In this document: positions 33,259 through 46,362 of the stretch, piece after piece
Position numbering within the stretch: position 1 is the stretch's first letter
Layout of the letters: each line of letters starts with the position of its first letter
NCBI GenBank assembly: GCA_032718475.1
Contig: JAUCBJ010008016.1
Span: 29,829-93,828 of the forward strand
DNA: 64,000 bases
Direction: 5' to 3'
DNA from: Nemertoderma westbladi
Lineage: Eukaryota > Animalia > Xenacoelomorpha
Translations under genes and position numbers: made by a program
The notes under the pieces: generated by a model
Told to the model about the DNA's origin: nothing
Databases searched by the model: none
What the model saw: the letters and a program-made list of their open reading frames with translations, nothing else

Positions 33259-36178
33259 TTACAGCACTGCTTGTACCAGATCTGTTGCCTCTAATCCTTT
33301 CTATTACTTACCGCACTGCTTGTACCAGATCTGTTGCCTCTAATCCTTTCTATTACTTACCGCACTGCTTGTACCAGATCTGTTGCCTCTAATCCTTTCT
33401 ATTACTTACCGCACTGCTCGTACCAGATCTGTTGCCTCTAATCCTTTCTATTACTTACCGCACTACTTGTACCAGATCGAGGGCCTCTAATCCTTTCTAT
33501 TACTTACCGCACTGCTTGTACCAGATCTGTTGCCTCTAATCCTTTCTATTACTTACCGCACCGCTTGTACCAGATCTGTTGCCTCTAATCCTTTCTATTA
33601 CTTACCGCACCGCTTGTACCAGATCTGTTGCTTCTAATCCTTTCTATTACTTACCGCACTACTTGTACCAGATCTGTTGCCTCTAATCCTTTCTATTACT
33701 TACCGCACTGCTTGTACCAGATCTGTTGCCTCTAATCCTTTCTATTACTTACCGCACTGCTTGTACCAGATCTGTTGCCTCTAATCCTTTCTATTACTTA
33801 CCGCACTACTTGTACCAGATCTGTTGCCTCTAATCCTTTCTATCACTTACCGCACTGCTTGTACCAGATCTGTTGCATCTAATCCTTTCTATTACTTACC
33901 GCACTGCTTGTACCAGATCTGTTGCCTCTAATCCTTTCTATTACTTACCGCACTGATTGCACCAGATCTGTTGCATCTAATCCTCTCTATTACTTACCGC
34001 ACTGCTTGTACCAGATCTGTTGCCTCTAATCCTTTCTATTACTTACCACATTGCTTGTACCAGATCTGTTGCCTCTAATCCTTTCTATTACTTACCGCAC
34101 TGCTTGTACCAGATCTGTTGCCTCTAATCCTTTCTATTACTTACCGCACTGATTGCACCAGATCTGTTGCATCTAATCCTCTCTATTACTTACCGCACTG
34201 CTTGTACCAGATCTGTTGCCTCTAATCCTTTCTATTACTTACCGCACTGCTCGTACCAGATCTGTTGCCTCTAATCCTTTCTATTACTTACCGCACTACT
34301 TGTACCAGATCGAGGGCCTCTAATCCTTTCTATTACTTACCGCACTGCTTGTACCAGATCTGTTGCCTCTAATCCTTTCTATTACTTACCGCACTACTTG
34401 TACCAGATCGAGGGCCTCTAATCCTTTCTATTACTTACCGCACTACTTGTACCAGATCGAGGGCCTCTAATCCTTTCTATTACTTACCGCACTACTTGTA
34501 CCAGATCGAGGGCCTCTAATCCTTTCTATTACTTACCGCACTGCTTGTACCAGATCTGTTGCCTCTAATCCTTTCTATTACTTACCGCACTACTTGTACC
34601 AGATCGAGGGCCTCTAATCCTTTCTATTACTTACCGCACTGCTTGTACCAGATCTGTTGCCTCTAATCCTTTCTATTACTTACCGCACTGATTGCACCAG
34701 ATCTGTTGCATCTAATCCTCTCTATTACTTACCGCACTGCTTGTACCAGATCTGTTGCATCTAATCCTTTCTATTACTTACCGCACTGTTTGTACCAGAT
34801 CTGTTGCCTCTAATCCTTTCTATTACTTACCGCACTGATTGTACCAGATCTGTTGCCTCTAATCCTTTCTATTACTTACCGCACCGCTTGTACCAGATCT
34901 GTTGCCTCTAATCCTTTCTATTACTTACCGCACTGATCTGTTGCCTCTAATCCTTTCTATTACTTACCGCACCGCTTGTACCAGATCTGTTGCCTCTAAT
35001 CCTTTCTATTACTTACCGCACTGCTTGTACCAGATCTGTTGCATCTAATCCTTTCTATTACTTACCGCACTGCTTGTACCAGATCTGTTGCCTCTAATCC
35101 TCTCTATTACTCACCGCACTGCTTGTACCAGATCTGTTGCCTCTAATCCTTTCTATTACTTACCGCACTGCTTGTACCAGATCTGTTGCCTCTAATCCTT
35201 TCTATTACTTACCGCACCGCTTGTACCAGATCTGTTGCTTCTAATCCTTTCTATTACTTACCGCACTACTTGTACCAGATCTGTTGCCTCTAATCCTTTC
35301 TATTACTTACCGCACTGCTTGTACCAGATCTGTTGCATCTAATCCTTTCTATTACTTACCGCACTGCTTGTACCAGATCTGTTGCCTCTAATTCTTTCTA
35401 TTAGTTACCGCACTGCTTGTACCAGATCTGTTGCCTCTAATCCTTTCTATTACTTACCGCACTGCTTGTACCAGATCTGTTGCCTCTAATCCTTTCTATT
35501 ACTTACCGCACTGTTTGTACCAGATCTGTTGCCTCTAATCCTTTCTATTACTTACCGCACTGCTTGTACCAGATCTGTTGCCTCTAATCCTTTCTATTAC
35601 TTACCGCACTGATTGTACCAGATCTGTTGCCTCTAATCCTTTCTATCACTTACCGCACTGCTTGTACCAGATCTGTTGCCTCTAATCCTTTCTATTACTT
35701 ACCGCACTGATTGTACCAGATCTGTTGCCTCTAATCCTTTCTATCACTTACCGCACTGCTTGTACCAGATCTGTTGCCTCTAATCCTTTCTATTACTTAC
35801 CGCACTGCTTGTACCAGATCTGTTGCCTCTAATCCTTTCTATTACTTACCGCACTGATTGTACCAGATCTGTTGCCTCTAATCCTTTCTATCACTTACCG
35901 CACTGCTTGTACCAGATCTGTTGCCTCTAATCCTTTCTATTACTTACCGCACTGTTTGTACCAGATCTGTTGCCTCTAATCCTTTCTATTACTTACCGCA
36001 CTGATTGTACCAGATCTGTTGCCTCTAATCCTTTCTATTACTTACCGCACTGCTTGTAACAGATCTGTTGCATCTAATCCTTTCTATTACTTACCGCACT
36101 GATTGTACCAGATCTGTTGCCTCTAATCCTTTCTATTACTTACCGCACTGCTTGTACCAGATCGAGGTCCTCTAATCC
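33259..36178 (-). repeat. 49-bp tandem array (~59 copies) reiterating the TM7-exon 3' end and splice donor
   Basis: Minus-strand unit ggattagaggcaacagatctggtacaagcagtgcg|gtaagtaatagaaa. The first copy overlaps the real exon end at 36144. Confidence 0.95.
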
Positions 36179-36260
36179 CTTTTGCTAAGTATCCTTTCCT
36201 CCGCAACGCATCTCGCACAGGTTTCGCCATGAGACAATGAAAAATAAATATAAAAACTCC
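36144..36260 (-). CDS. Adhesion GPCR exon, TM7 and helix 8
   Basis: tttcag|GGA...GCG|gtaagt. Encodes GVFIFIFHCLMAKPVRDALRRK, the family-B2 QG.FIF..HC motif. Confidence 0.9.
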
Positions 36261-36336
36261 CTGAAATACAAAAAGAGAACATAGTAAATTATTCTTTAAG
36301 AATAGTGAACTAATTGTAGTTCATTAAACAATATTC

Positions 36337-37317
36337 GAGTTAGTGGCATGATTTAGTTCGAGAATAGTCGAGTTAGTAACGTGAGTTAGATCGAGAATAG
36401 TCCAGTTAGTGACGTGAGTTAGTTCGAGAATAGTCGAGTTAGTGACGTGAGTTAGTTAGATCGAGAATAGTCGAGTTAGTGACGTGAGTTAGTTAGATCG
36501 AGAATAGTCGAGTTAGTGACGTGAGTTAGTTCGAGAATAGTCGAGTTAGTGACGTGAGTTAGTTGGAGAATAGTCGAATTAGTGACGTGAGTTAGTTCGA
36601 GAATAGTCGAGTTAGTGACGTGAGTTAGGTCGAGAATAGTCGACTTAGTGGCGTGAGTTAGTTCGAGTATATTCGAGTTAGTGACGTGAGTTAGTTAGAT
36701 CGAGAATAGTCGAGTTAGTGACGTGAGTTAGGTCGAGAATAGTCGAGTTAGTGGCGTGAGTTAGTTCGAGAATAGTCGAGTTAGTGACGTGAGTTAGATC
36801 GAGAATAGTCGAGTTAGTGACGTGAGTTAGGTCGAGAATAGTCGAGTTAGTGGCGTGAGTTAGATCGAGAATAGTCGAGTTAGTGACGTGAGTTAGGTCG
36901 AGAATAGTCGAGTTAGTGACGTGAGTTAGGTCGAGAATAGTCGAGTTAGTGGCGTGAGTTAGTTCGAGAATAGTCGAGTTAGTGACGTGAGTTAGATCGA
37001 GAATAGTCGAGTTAGTGACGTGAGTTAGGTCGAGAATAGTCGAGTTAGTGGCGTGAGTTAGTTCGAGTATATTCGAGTTAGTGACGTGAGTTAGTTAGAT
37101 CGAGAATAGTCGAGTTAGTGACGTGAGTTAGGTCGAGAATAGTCGAGTTAGTGACGTGAGTTAGGTCAAGAATAGTCGAGTTAGTGGCGTGAGTTAGTTC
37201 GAGAATAGTCGAGTTAGTGACGTGAGTTAGATCGAGAATAGTCGAGTTAGTGGCGTGAGTTAGTTCGAGTATATTCGAGTTAGTGACGTGAGTTAGTTCG
37301 AGAATAGTCGAGTTAGT
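36337..37317. repeat. 33-bp intronic tandem array (~29 copies, some 37-bp variants)
   Basis: Unit gttagtgacgtgagttagttcgagaatagtcga. Confidence 0.95.
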
Positions 37318-37940
37318 CTGTCCGACAATAACTACGAGTCTGATAAATTCCCGAAAACTGGTCCCTAAAGATCTACAAAATTTGTTTTCTGTATTTATGT
37401 ACATTTATTGTAAATGTTTATGTAGCGATATTCGTTGCCACATTATGTGTTGCATAATAATAATAGCCGCATTATGGTAATCCGCGCCACAGAATAACAA
37501 CATCATTACCGGTAAAGCAACTATTTAGTGGTTTTTTTTCATGATTTAAAAATACCATTGACAGACAATTTAATAAAACAAAATGTTTGAGAATTAAATC
37601 AATATGTAATCGCATCATTGGAGTAGTTGAATTCAACCAGAGTGAATGAGCAGTTAATAACCCACCGTTAATCCGTAACATACTGAACATGTACGAAATG
37701 GTCGCGTTTCATAAGTAGTTACTAGTGATTTTACTCTAATATGAATGAATGGTTAATGAAGGTAATATGAATGGTTAGAGCAACCCGGAGGTCACCAGTT
37801 CGATCCCACCTGGACGTCATTGCTTAATTTACTAAACTAAACCGAGCGAAAATTATAATAATTAGAGACATTCGGATTAGAGGTCGGCTAACCCGAACTG
37901 ATGCTGCAATAAGTTACCCCGAATATATAATTTCACTAAC

Positions 37941-38067
37941 CTGAGTCGAGATTAATATATTGAATAAATATTGTAACACGACTGCCTCTTCAGTTACAGC
38001 AAAAACACCGATTACCCAAGAGACTCCGAAAACTGGAACAATAACGCATAAACTCCAAACGCCTCCC
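37941..38067 (-). CDS. Adhesion GPCR exon, TM6-ECL3-start of TM7
   Basis: gttgtag|G...CAG|gttagt. Encodes GGVWSLCVIVPVFGVSWVIGVFAV...QYLFNILISTQ, phase 2 to 0. Confidence 0.9.
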
Positions 38068-38248
38068 CTACAACACAAAAACAGAAAAGTTAATATCGAA
38101 AAACGCACCTAAACCTTGTGTAGACACAAAATATGAAAAAATATAATATTATTAACTTAATGAAATAAAATAAAATTAATAAAATAATATTATAATATAA
38201 TTCCAATATAAATCCAACTCTATAGCAAATGGAGCGGAAAAAATGAAT

Positions 38249-38319
38249 TCGCCACCAGCGGGGATCGAACCCGCGTCTCCCGATAAACGTTCAGGTATGC
38301 TAACCACTACACCACGGAG
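38249..38319 (-). mobile_element. tRNA-derived SINE head or tRNA pseudogene (intronic)
   Basis: A-box tggtgtagtgg and B-box ggttcgatcc with tRNA-like spacing, but a poorly paired acceptor stem. Confidence 0.6.
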
Positions 38320-38798
38320 TTGGATCATCCTTAGTCCTGTTTAATTACTTAATGATTTATACAATCTATGGATGTTAAACACAAATGCAATAATATTAAT
38401 ATTAATATCATAAACATCTCTATTTATAATTAAATTGTGTAGGTGTTTGTAGGTGTGGTTGAAATCACAAAAAGAATATTTTTCCAGCAGCAATAGCGTT
38501 GAATGTTATTGGGTTTATTGTACTGTATTACTAACGAGATGGTGAATATTGAAAAAATGATTTCCAAGACAATAAATACAACGCGATGCTAGTGAGAGAC
38601 AATATTTACAAATCCTCAGAATATCAACCCATGATGAGTTGCGGGGGTTTATTACGATGTGGTTTAGCTATTAAATAGCCTCGCAGTCTAAATCATGCAG
38701 CTTTCAAACGACGATAGCTCAGCTATTTCTACACGAAATTGTTATGTTTATATTGTCTTGTTTTTACATATTTGGCGATATGTACCTGAATTAAAACA

Positions 38799-39835
38799 TT
38801 CCAGGAGATAATTCAATGTAACTCACTTGATCTGTTCTATCCAGGAGATAATTCAATGTAACTCACTTGATCTGTTCTATCCAGGAGATAATTCAATGTA
38901 ACTCACTTGATCTGTTCTATCCAGGAGATAATTCAATGTAACTCACTTGATCTGTTCTATCCAGGAGATAATTCAATGTAACTCACTTGATCTGTTCTAT
39001 CCAGGAGATAATTCAATGTAACTCACTTGATCTGTTTTATCCAGGAGATAATTCAATGTAACTCACTTGATCTGTTCTATCCAGGAGATAATTCAATGTA
39101 ACTCACTTGATCTGTTCTATCCAGGAGATAATTAAATGTAACTCACTTGATCTGTTCAATGTAACTCACTTGATCTGTTCTATCCAGGAGATAATTCAAT
39201 GTAACTCACTTGATCTGTTCTATCCAGGAGATAATTCAATGTAACTCACTTGATCTGTTCAATGTAACTCACTTGATCTGTTCTATCCAGGAGATAATTC
39301 AATGTAACTCACTTGATCTGTTCTATCCAGGAGATAATTCAATGTAACTCACTTGATCTGTTCTATCCAGGAGATAATTCAATGTAACTCACTTGATCTG
39401 TTCAATGTAACTCACTTGATCTGTTCTATCCAGGAGATAATTCAATGTAACTCACTTGATCTGTTCAATGTAACTCACTTGATCTGTTCTATCCAGGAGA
39501 TAATTCAATGTAACTCACTTGATCTGTTCTATCCAGGAGATAATTCAATGTAACTCACTTGATCTGTTCTATCCAGGAGATAATTCAATGTAACTCACTT
39601 GATCTGTTCTATCCAGGAGATAATTCAATGTAACTCACTTTATCTGTTCTATCCAGGAGATAATTCAATGTAACTCACTTGATCTGTTCTATCCAGGAGA
39701 TAATTCAATGTAACTCACTTGATCTGTTCTATCCAGGAGATAATTCAATGTAACTCACTTGATCTGTTCTATCCAGGAGATAATTCAATGTAACTCACTT
39801 GATCTGTTCAATGTAACTCACTTGATCTGTTCTAT
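38799..39835 (-). repeat. 40-bp tandem array (~27 copies incl. 22-bp variants) reiterating the TM5-exon splice donor
   Basis: Minus-strand unit tagaacagatcaa|gtgagttacattgaattatctcctgga. The first copy is the real exon end at 39822. Confidence 0.95.
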
Positions 39836-39974
39836 CTCCGATTTTTTATTAAAAGCCGAGCTTTTAAACATAGTTCTGAGTACAATAACAATAACGACCA
39901 TGTTAGCCACGGCTATAGCTAATGCGGGGCCTATGAAGGCATACAAAACACCAACGGAAGGATCTAACCAGCAT
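39822..39974 (-). CDS. Adhesion GPCR exon, ECL2-TM5-ICL3
   Basis: tttccag|A...AA|gtgagt. Encodes CWLDPSVGVLYAFIGPALAIAVANMVVIVIVLRTMF, phase 2 to 2. Confidence 0.92.
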
Positions 39975-40063
39975 CTGGAAAGGAATCATAAAGTATACAA
40001 AACACTAAATAAAACCAACTGTCGAGTTACATAAAGTATACAATACACTAAATTTTTTCTTAA

Positions 40064-43000
40064 CTGTTGAGGTATATAAAGTAGAAAATAAACTAAACTA
40101 AACCTACTGTTGAGGTATATAAAGTAGAAAATAAACTAAACTAAACCTAATGTTGAGGTATATAAAGTAGAAAATAAACTAAACTAAACCTACTGTTGAG
40201 GTATATAAAGTAGAAAATAAACTAAACTAAACCTAATGTTGAGGTATATAAAGTAGAAAATAAACTAAACTAAACCTAATGTTGAGGTATATAAAGTAGA
40301 AAATAAACTAAACTAAACCTAATGTTGAGGTATATAAAGTAGAAAATAAACTAAACTAAACCTACTGTTGAGGTATATAAAGTAGAAAATAAACTAAACT
40401 AAACCTACTGTTGAGGTATATAAAGTAGAAAATGAACTAAACTAAACCTACTGTTGAGGTATATAAAGTAGAAAATAAACAAAACTAAACCTAATGTTGA
40501 GGTATATAAAGTAGAAAATAAACTAAACTAAACCTAATGTTGAGGTTATAAAGTAGAAAATAAACTAAACTGAACCTACTGTTGAGGTATATAAAGTAGA
40601 AAATAAACTAAACTAAACCTAATGTTGAGGTATATAAAGTAGAAAATAAACTAAACTAAACCTACTGTTGAGGTATATAAAGTAGAAAATAAACTAAACT
40701 AAACCTAATGTTGAGGTATATAAAGTATAAAATAAACTAAACCTAATGTTGAGGTATATAAAGTAGAAAATAAACTAAACTGAACCTACTGTTGAGGTAT
40801 ATAAAGTAGAAAATAAACTAAACTAAACCTAATGTTGAGGTATATAAAGTAGAAAATAAACTAAACTGAACCTACTGTTGAGGTATATAAAGTAGAAAAT
40901 AAACTAAACTAAACCTAATGTTGAGGTATATAAAGTAGAAAATAAACTAAACTAAACCTAATGTTGAGGTATATGAAGTAGAAAATAAACTAAACTGAAC
41001 CTACTGTTGAGGTATATAAAGTAGAAAATAAACTAAACTAAACCTAATGTTGAGGTATATAAAGTAGAAAATAAACTAAACTAAACCTAATGTTGAGGTA
41101 TATAAAGTAGAAAATAAACTAAACTAAACCTACTGTTGAGGTATATAAAGTAGAAAATAAACTAAACTAAACCTAATGTTGAGGTATATAAAGTATAAAA
41201 TAAACTAAACCTAATGTTGAGGTATATAAAGTAGAAAATAAACTAAACTGAACCTACTGTTGAGGTATATAAAGTAGAAAATAAACTAAACTAAACCTAA
41301 TGTTGAGGTATATAAAGTAGAAAATAAACTAAACTAAACCTAATGTTGAGGTATATAAAGTAGAAAATAAACTAAACTAAACCTAATGTTGAGGTATATA
41401 AAGTAGAAAATAAACTAAACTAAACCTAATGTTGAGGTATATAAAGTAGAAAATAAACTAAACTAAACCTAATGTTGAGGTATATAAAGTAGAAAATAAA
41501 CTAAACTAAACCTAATGTTGAGGTATATAAAGTAGAAAATAAACTAAACTAAACCTACTGTTGAGGTATATAAAGTAGAAAATAAACTAAACTAAACCTA
41601 CTGTTGAGGTATATAAAGTAGAAAATGAACTAAACTAAACCTACTGTTGAGGTATATAAAGTAGAAAATAAACTAAACTAAACCTAATGTTGAGGTATAT
41701 AAAGTAGAAAATAAACTAAACTAAACCTAATGTTGAGGTATATAAAGTAGAAAATAAACTAAACTGAACCTACTGTTGAGGTATATAAAGTAGAAAATAA
41801 ACTAAACTAAACCTAATGTTGAGGTATATAAAGTAGAAAATAAACTAAACTAAACCTACTGTTGAGGTATATAAAGTAGAAAATAAACTAAACTAAACCT
41901 AATGTTGAGGTATATAAAGTATAAAATAAACTAAACCTAATGTTGAGGTATATAAAGTAGAAAATAAACTAAACTGAACCTACTGTTGAGGTATATAAAG
42001 TAGAAAATAAACTAAACTAAACCTAATGTTGAGGTATATAAAGTAGAAAATAAACTAAACTGAACCTACTGTTGAGGTATATAAAGTAGAAAATAAACTA
42101 AACTAAACCTAATGTTGAGGTATATAAAGTAGAAAATAAACTAAACTAAACCTAATGTTGAGGTATATGAAGTAGAAAATAAACTAAACTGAACCTACTG
42201 TTGAGGTATATAAAGTAGAAAATAAACTAAACTAAACCTAATGTTGAGGTATATAAAGTAGAAAATAAACTAAACTAAACCTAATGTTGAGGTATATAAA
42301 GTAGAAAATAAACTAAACTAAACCTACTGTTGAGGTATATAAAGTAGAAAATAAACTAAACTAAACCTAATGTTGAGGTATATAAAGTATAAAATAAACT
42401 AAACCTAATGTTGAGCTATATAAAGTAGAACATAAACTAAACTAAACCTACTGTTGAGGTATATAAAGTAAAAATTAACTAAACTAAACCTAATGTTGCG
42501 GTATATAAAGTAGAAAATAAACTAAACTAAACCTAATGTTGAGGTATATAAAGTAGAAAATAAACTAAACTAAACCTACTGTTGAGGTATATAAAGTAGA
42601 AAATAAACTAAACTAAACCTACTGTTGAGGTATATAAAGTAGAAAATAAACTAAACTAAACCTAATGTTGAGGTATATAAAGTAGAAAATAAACTAAACT
42701 AAACCTTCTGTTGAGGTATATAAAGTAGAAAATAAACTAAACTAAACCTACTGTTGATGTATATAAAGTAGAAAATAAACTAAACTAAACCTAATGTTGA
42801 GGTATATAAAGTAGAAAATAAACTAAACTGAACCTACTGTTGAGGTATATAAAGTAGAAAATAAACTAAACTAAACCTAATGTTGAGGTATATAAAGTAG
42901 AAAATAAACTAAACTAAACCTAATGTTGAGGTATATAAAGTAGAAAATAAACTAATCTAAACCTAATGTTGAGGTATATAAAGTAGAAAATAAACTAAAC

Positions 43001-45921
43001 TAAACCTTCTGTTGAGGTATATAAAGTAGAACATAAACTAAACTAAACCTACTGTTGATGTATATAAAGTAGAAAATAAACTAAACTAAACCTAATGTTG
43101 AGGTATATAAAGTAGAAAATAAACTAAACTGAACCTACTGTTGAGGTATATAAAGTAGAAAATAAACTAAACTAAACCTAATGTTGAGGTATATAAAGTA
43201 GAAAATAAACTAAACTAAACCTAATGTTGAGGTATATAAAGTAGAAAATAAACTAATCTAAACCTAATGTTGAGGTATATAAAGTAGAAAATAAACTAAA
43301 CTAAACCTTCTGTTGAGGTATATAAAGTAGAACATAAACTAAACTAAACCTACTGTTGAGGTATATAAAGTAAAAATTAACTAAACTAAACCTAATGTTG
43401 AGGTATATAAAGTAGAACATAAACTAAACTAAACCTACTGTTGAGGTATATAAAGTAAAAATTAACTAAACTAAACCTAATGTTGCGGTATATAAAGTAG
43501 AAAATAAACTAAACTGAACCTACTGTTGAGGTATATAAAGTAGAAAATAAACTAAACTAAACCTAATGTTGAGGTATATAAAGTAGAAAATAAACTAAAC
43601 TGAACCTACTGTTGAGGTATATAAAGTAGAAAATAAACTAAACTAAACCTAATGTTGAGGTATATAAAGTAGAAAATAAACTAAACTAAACCTTCTGTTG
43701 AGGTATATAAAGTAGAAAATAAACTAAACTAAACCTACTGTTGAGGTATATAAAGTAGAAAATAAACTAAACTAAACCTAATGTTGAGGTATATAAAGTA
43801 GAACATAAACTAAACTAAACCTACTGTTGAGGTATATAAAGTAGAAAATAAACTAAACTAAACCTAATGTTGAGGTATATAAAGTAGAAAATAAACTAAA
43901 CTGAACCTACTGTTGAGGTATATAAAGTAGAAAATAAACTAAACTAAACCTAATGTTGAGGTATATAAAGTAGAAAATAAACTAAACTAAACCTACTGTT
44001 GAGGTATATAAAGTAGAAAATAAACTAAACTAAACCTTCTGTTGAGGTATATAAAGTAGAAAATAAACTAAACTAAACCTAATGTTGAGGTATATCAAGT
44101 AGAAAATAAACTAATCTAAACCTACTGTTGAGGTATATAAAGTAGAAAATAAACTAAACTAAACCTAATGTTGAGGTATATAAAGTAGAACATAAACTAA
44201 ACTAAACCTACTGTTGAGGTATATAAAGTAGAAAATAAACTAAACTAAACCTAATGTTGAGGTATATAAAGTAGAAAATAAACTAAACTAAACCTAATGT
44301 TGAGGTATATAAAGTAGAACATAAACTAAACTAAACCTACTGTTGTGGTATATAAGTAGAAAATAAACTAAACTAAACCTACTGTTGAGGTATATAAAGT
44401 AGAAAATAAACTAAACTAAACCTAATGTTGAGGTATATAAAGTAGAACATAAACTAAACTAAACCTACTGTTGAGGTATATAAGTAGAAAATAAACTAAA
44501 CTAAACCTTCTGTTGAGGTATATAAAGTAGAACATAAACTAAACTAAACCTACTGTTGAGGTATATAAAGTAGAAAATAAACTAAACTAAACCTACTGTT
44601 GAGGTATATAAAGTAGAAAATAAACTAAACTAAACCTAATGTTGAGGTATATAAAGTAGAACATAAACTAAACTAAACCTACTGTTGAGGTATATAAAGT
44701 AGAAAATAAACTAAACTAAACCTAATGTTGAGGTATATAAAGTAGAAAATAAACTAAACTGAACCTACTGTTGAGGTATATAAAGTAGAAAATAAACTAA
44801 ACTAAACCTAATGTTGAGGTATATAAAGTAGAAAATAAACTAAACTAAACCTACTGTTGAGGTATATAAAGTAGAAAATAAACTAAACTAAACCTTCTGT
44901 TGAGGTATATAAAGTAGAAAATAAACTAAACTAAACCTAATGTTGAGGTATATAAAGTAGAAAATAAACTAATCTAAACCTACTGTTGAGGTATATAAAG
45001 TAGAAAATAAACTAAACTAAACCTAATGTTGAGGTATATAAAGTAGAACATAAACTAAACTAAACCTACTGTTGAGGTATATAAAGTAGAAAATAAACTA
45101 AACTAAACCTAATGTTGAGGTATATAAAGTAGAAAATAAACTAAACTAAACCTAATGTTGAGGTATATAAAGTAGAACATAAACTAAACTAAACCTACTG
45201 TTGTGGTATATAAGTAGAAAATAAACTAAACTAAACCTACTGTTGAGGTATATAAAGTAGAAAATAAACTAAACTAAACCTAATGTTGAGGTATATAAAG
45301 TAGAACATAAACTAAACTAAACCTACTGTTGAGGTATATAAGTAGAAAATAAACTAAACTAAACCTTCTGTTGAGGTATATAAAGTAGAACATAAACTAA
45401 ACTAAACCTACTGTTGAGGTATATAAAGTAGAAAATAAACTAAACTAAACCTAATGTTGAGGTATATAAAGTAGAAAATAAACTAAACTAAACCTAATGT
45501 TGAGTTATATAAAGTAGAAAATAAACTAAACTAAACCTAATGTTGAGGTATATAAAGTAGAAAATAAACTAAACTAAACCTAATGTTGAGGTATATAAAG
45601 TAGAAAATAAACTAAACTAAACCTAATGTTGAGGTATATAAAGTAGAAAATAAACTAAACTAAACCTAATGTTGAGGTATATAAAGTAGAAAATAAACTA
45701 AACTAAACCTAATGTTGAGGTATATAAAGTAGAACATAAACTAAACTAAACCTACTGTTGAGGTATATAAAGTAGTAATGAAACTAAACTAAACCTACTG
45801 TTGAGGTATATAAAGTAGAAAATAAACTAAAGTAAACCTTCTGTTGAGGTATATAAAGTAGAAAATAAACTAAACTAAACCTACTGTTGAGGTATATAAA
45901 GTAGTAATGAAACTAAACCTA
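40064..45921. repeat. 43-bp intronic satellite (~136 copies) with higher-order duplicated blocks
   Basis: Unit tgttgaggtatataaagtagaaaataaactaaactaaacctaM. Rare variants recur at ~1.2-kb spacing (~40431/41624, ~40971/42165). Confidence 0.95.
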
Positions 45922-46120
45922 ACGGACGTGATCTTATTACCGAGGTGCAGAAATTATGTATTATTATTAGAATTATAATTATTATTATTATTATCGAAGT
46001 AATTCGGTAATTTATTGAATTACGCGTCTTTATAAATAACAATAACATAGTCGGCATATCTATTTTAGTTAAACAAATATTAAAATAATACTTTATTATA
46101 TCCCAAAGATAAATACTTAC

Positions 46121-46362
46121 ATAACATCTCCCCCTGGCCGTTCGTACGAGTATCCATTGAGTTGGCTGGCACCAGCCGAAATACCAACTACCAATAACGG
46201 CGCACCCCAACCGATACCTAAATAAATCCATTTCCAGGAAACCTCCCGTTCAAATATAACGACTACGTTGAGATAATAGAGAATTCCTTCGTTCAACATC
46301 CAAGTGAACACGGAGAGGAAGAAATAATGTAGAAGGACTGCTACAGCAGTGCAACCAGAATC
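46121..46362 (-). CDS. Adhesion GPCR exon, TM3-TM4
   Basis: ccttacag|GAT...AT|gtaagt. Encodes C.AVAVLLHYFFLSVFTWMLNEG and IGWGAP, the adhesion/secretin-family signatures; phase 0 to 2. Confidence 0.93.

Noticed and set aside
37771-38319. Functional tRNA genes (37771-37815, 38249-38319; also 30432-30500)
   Set aside because: A/B-box-like motifs are present, but the acceptor/anticodon stems do not pair properly. They were treated as SINE heads or remnants.
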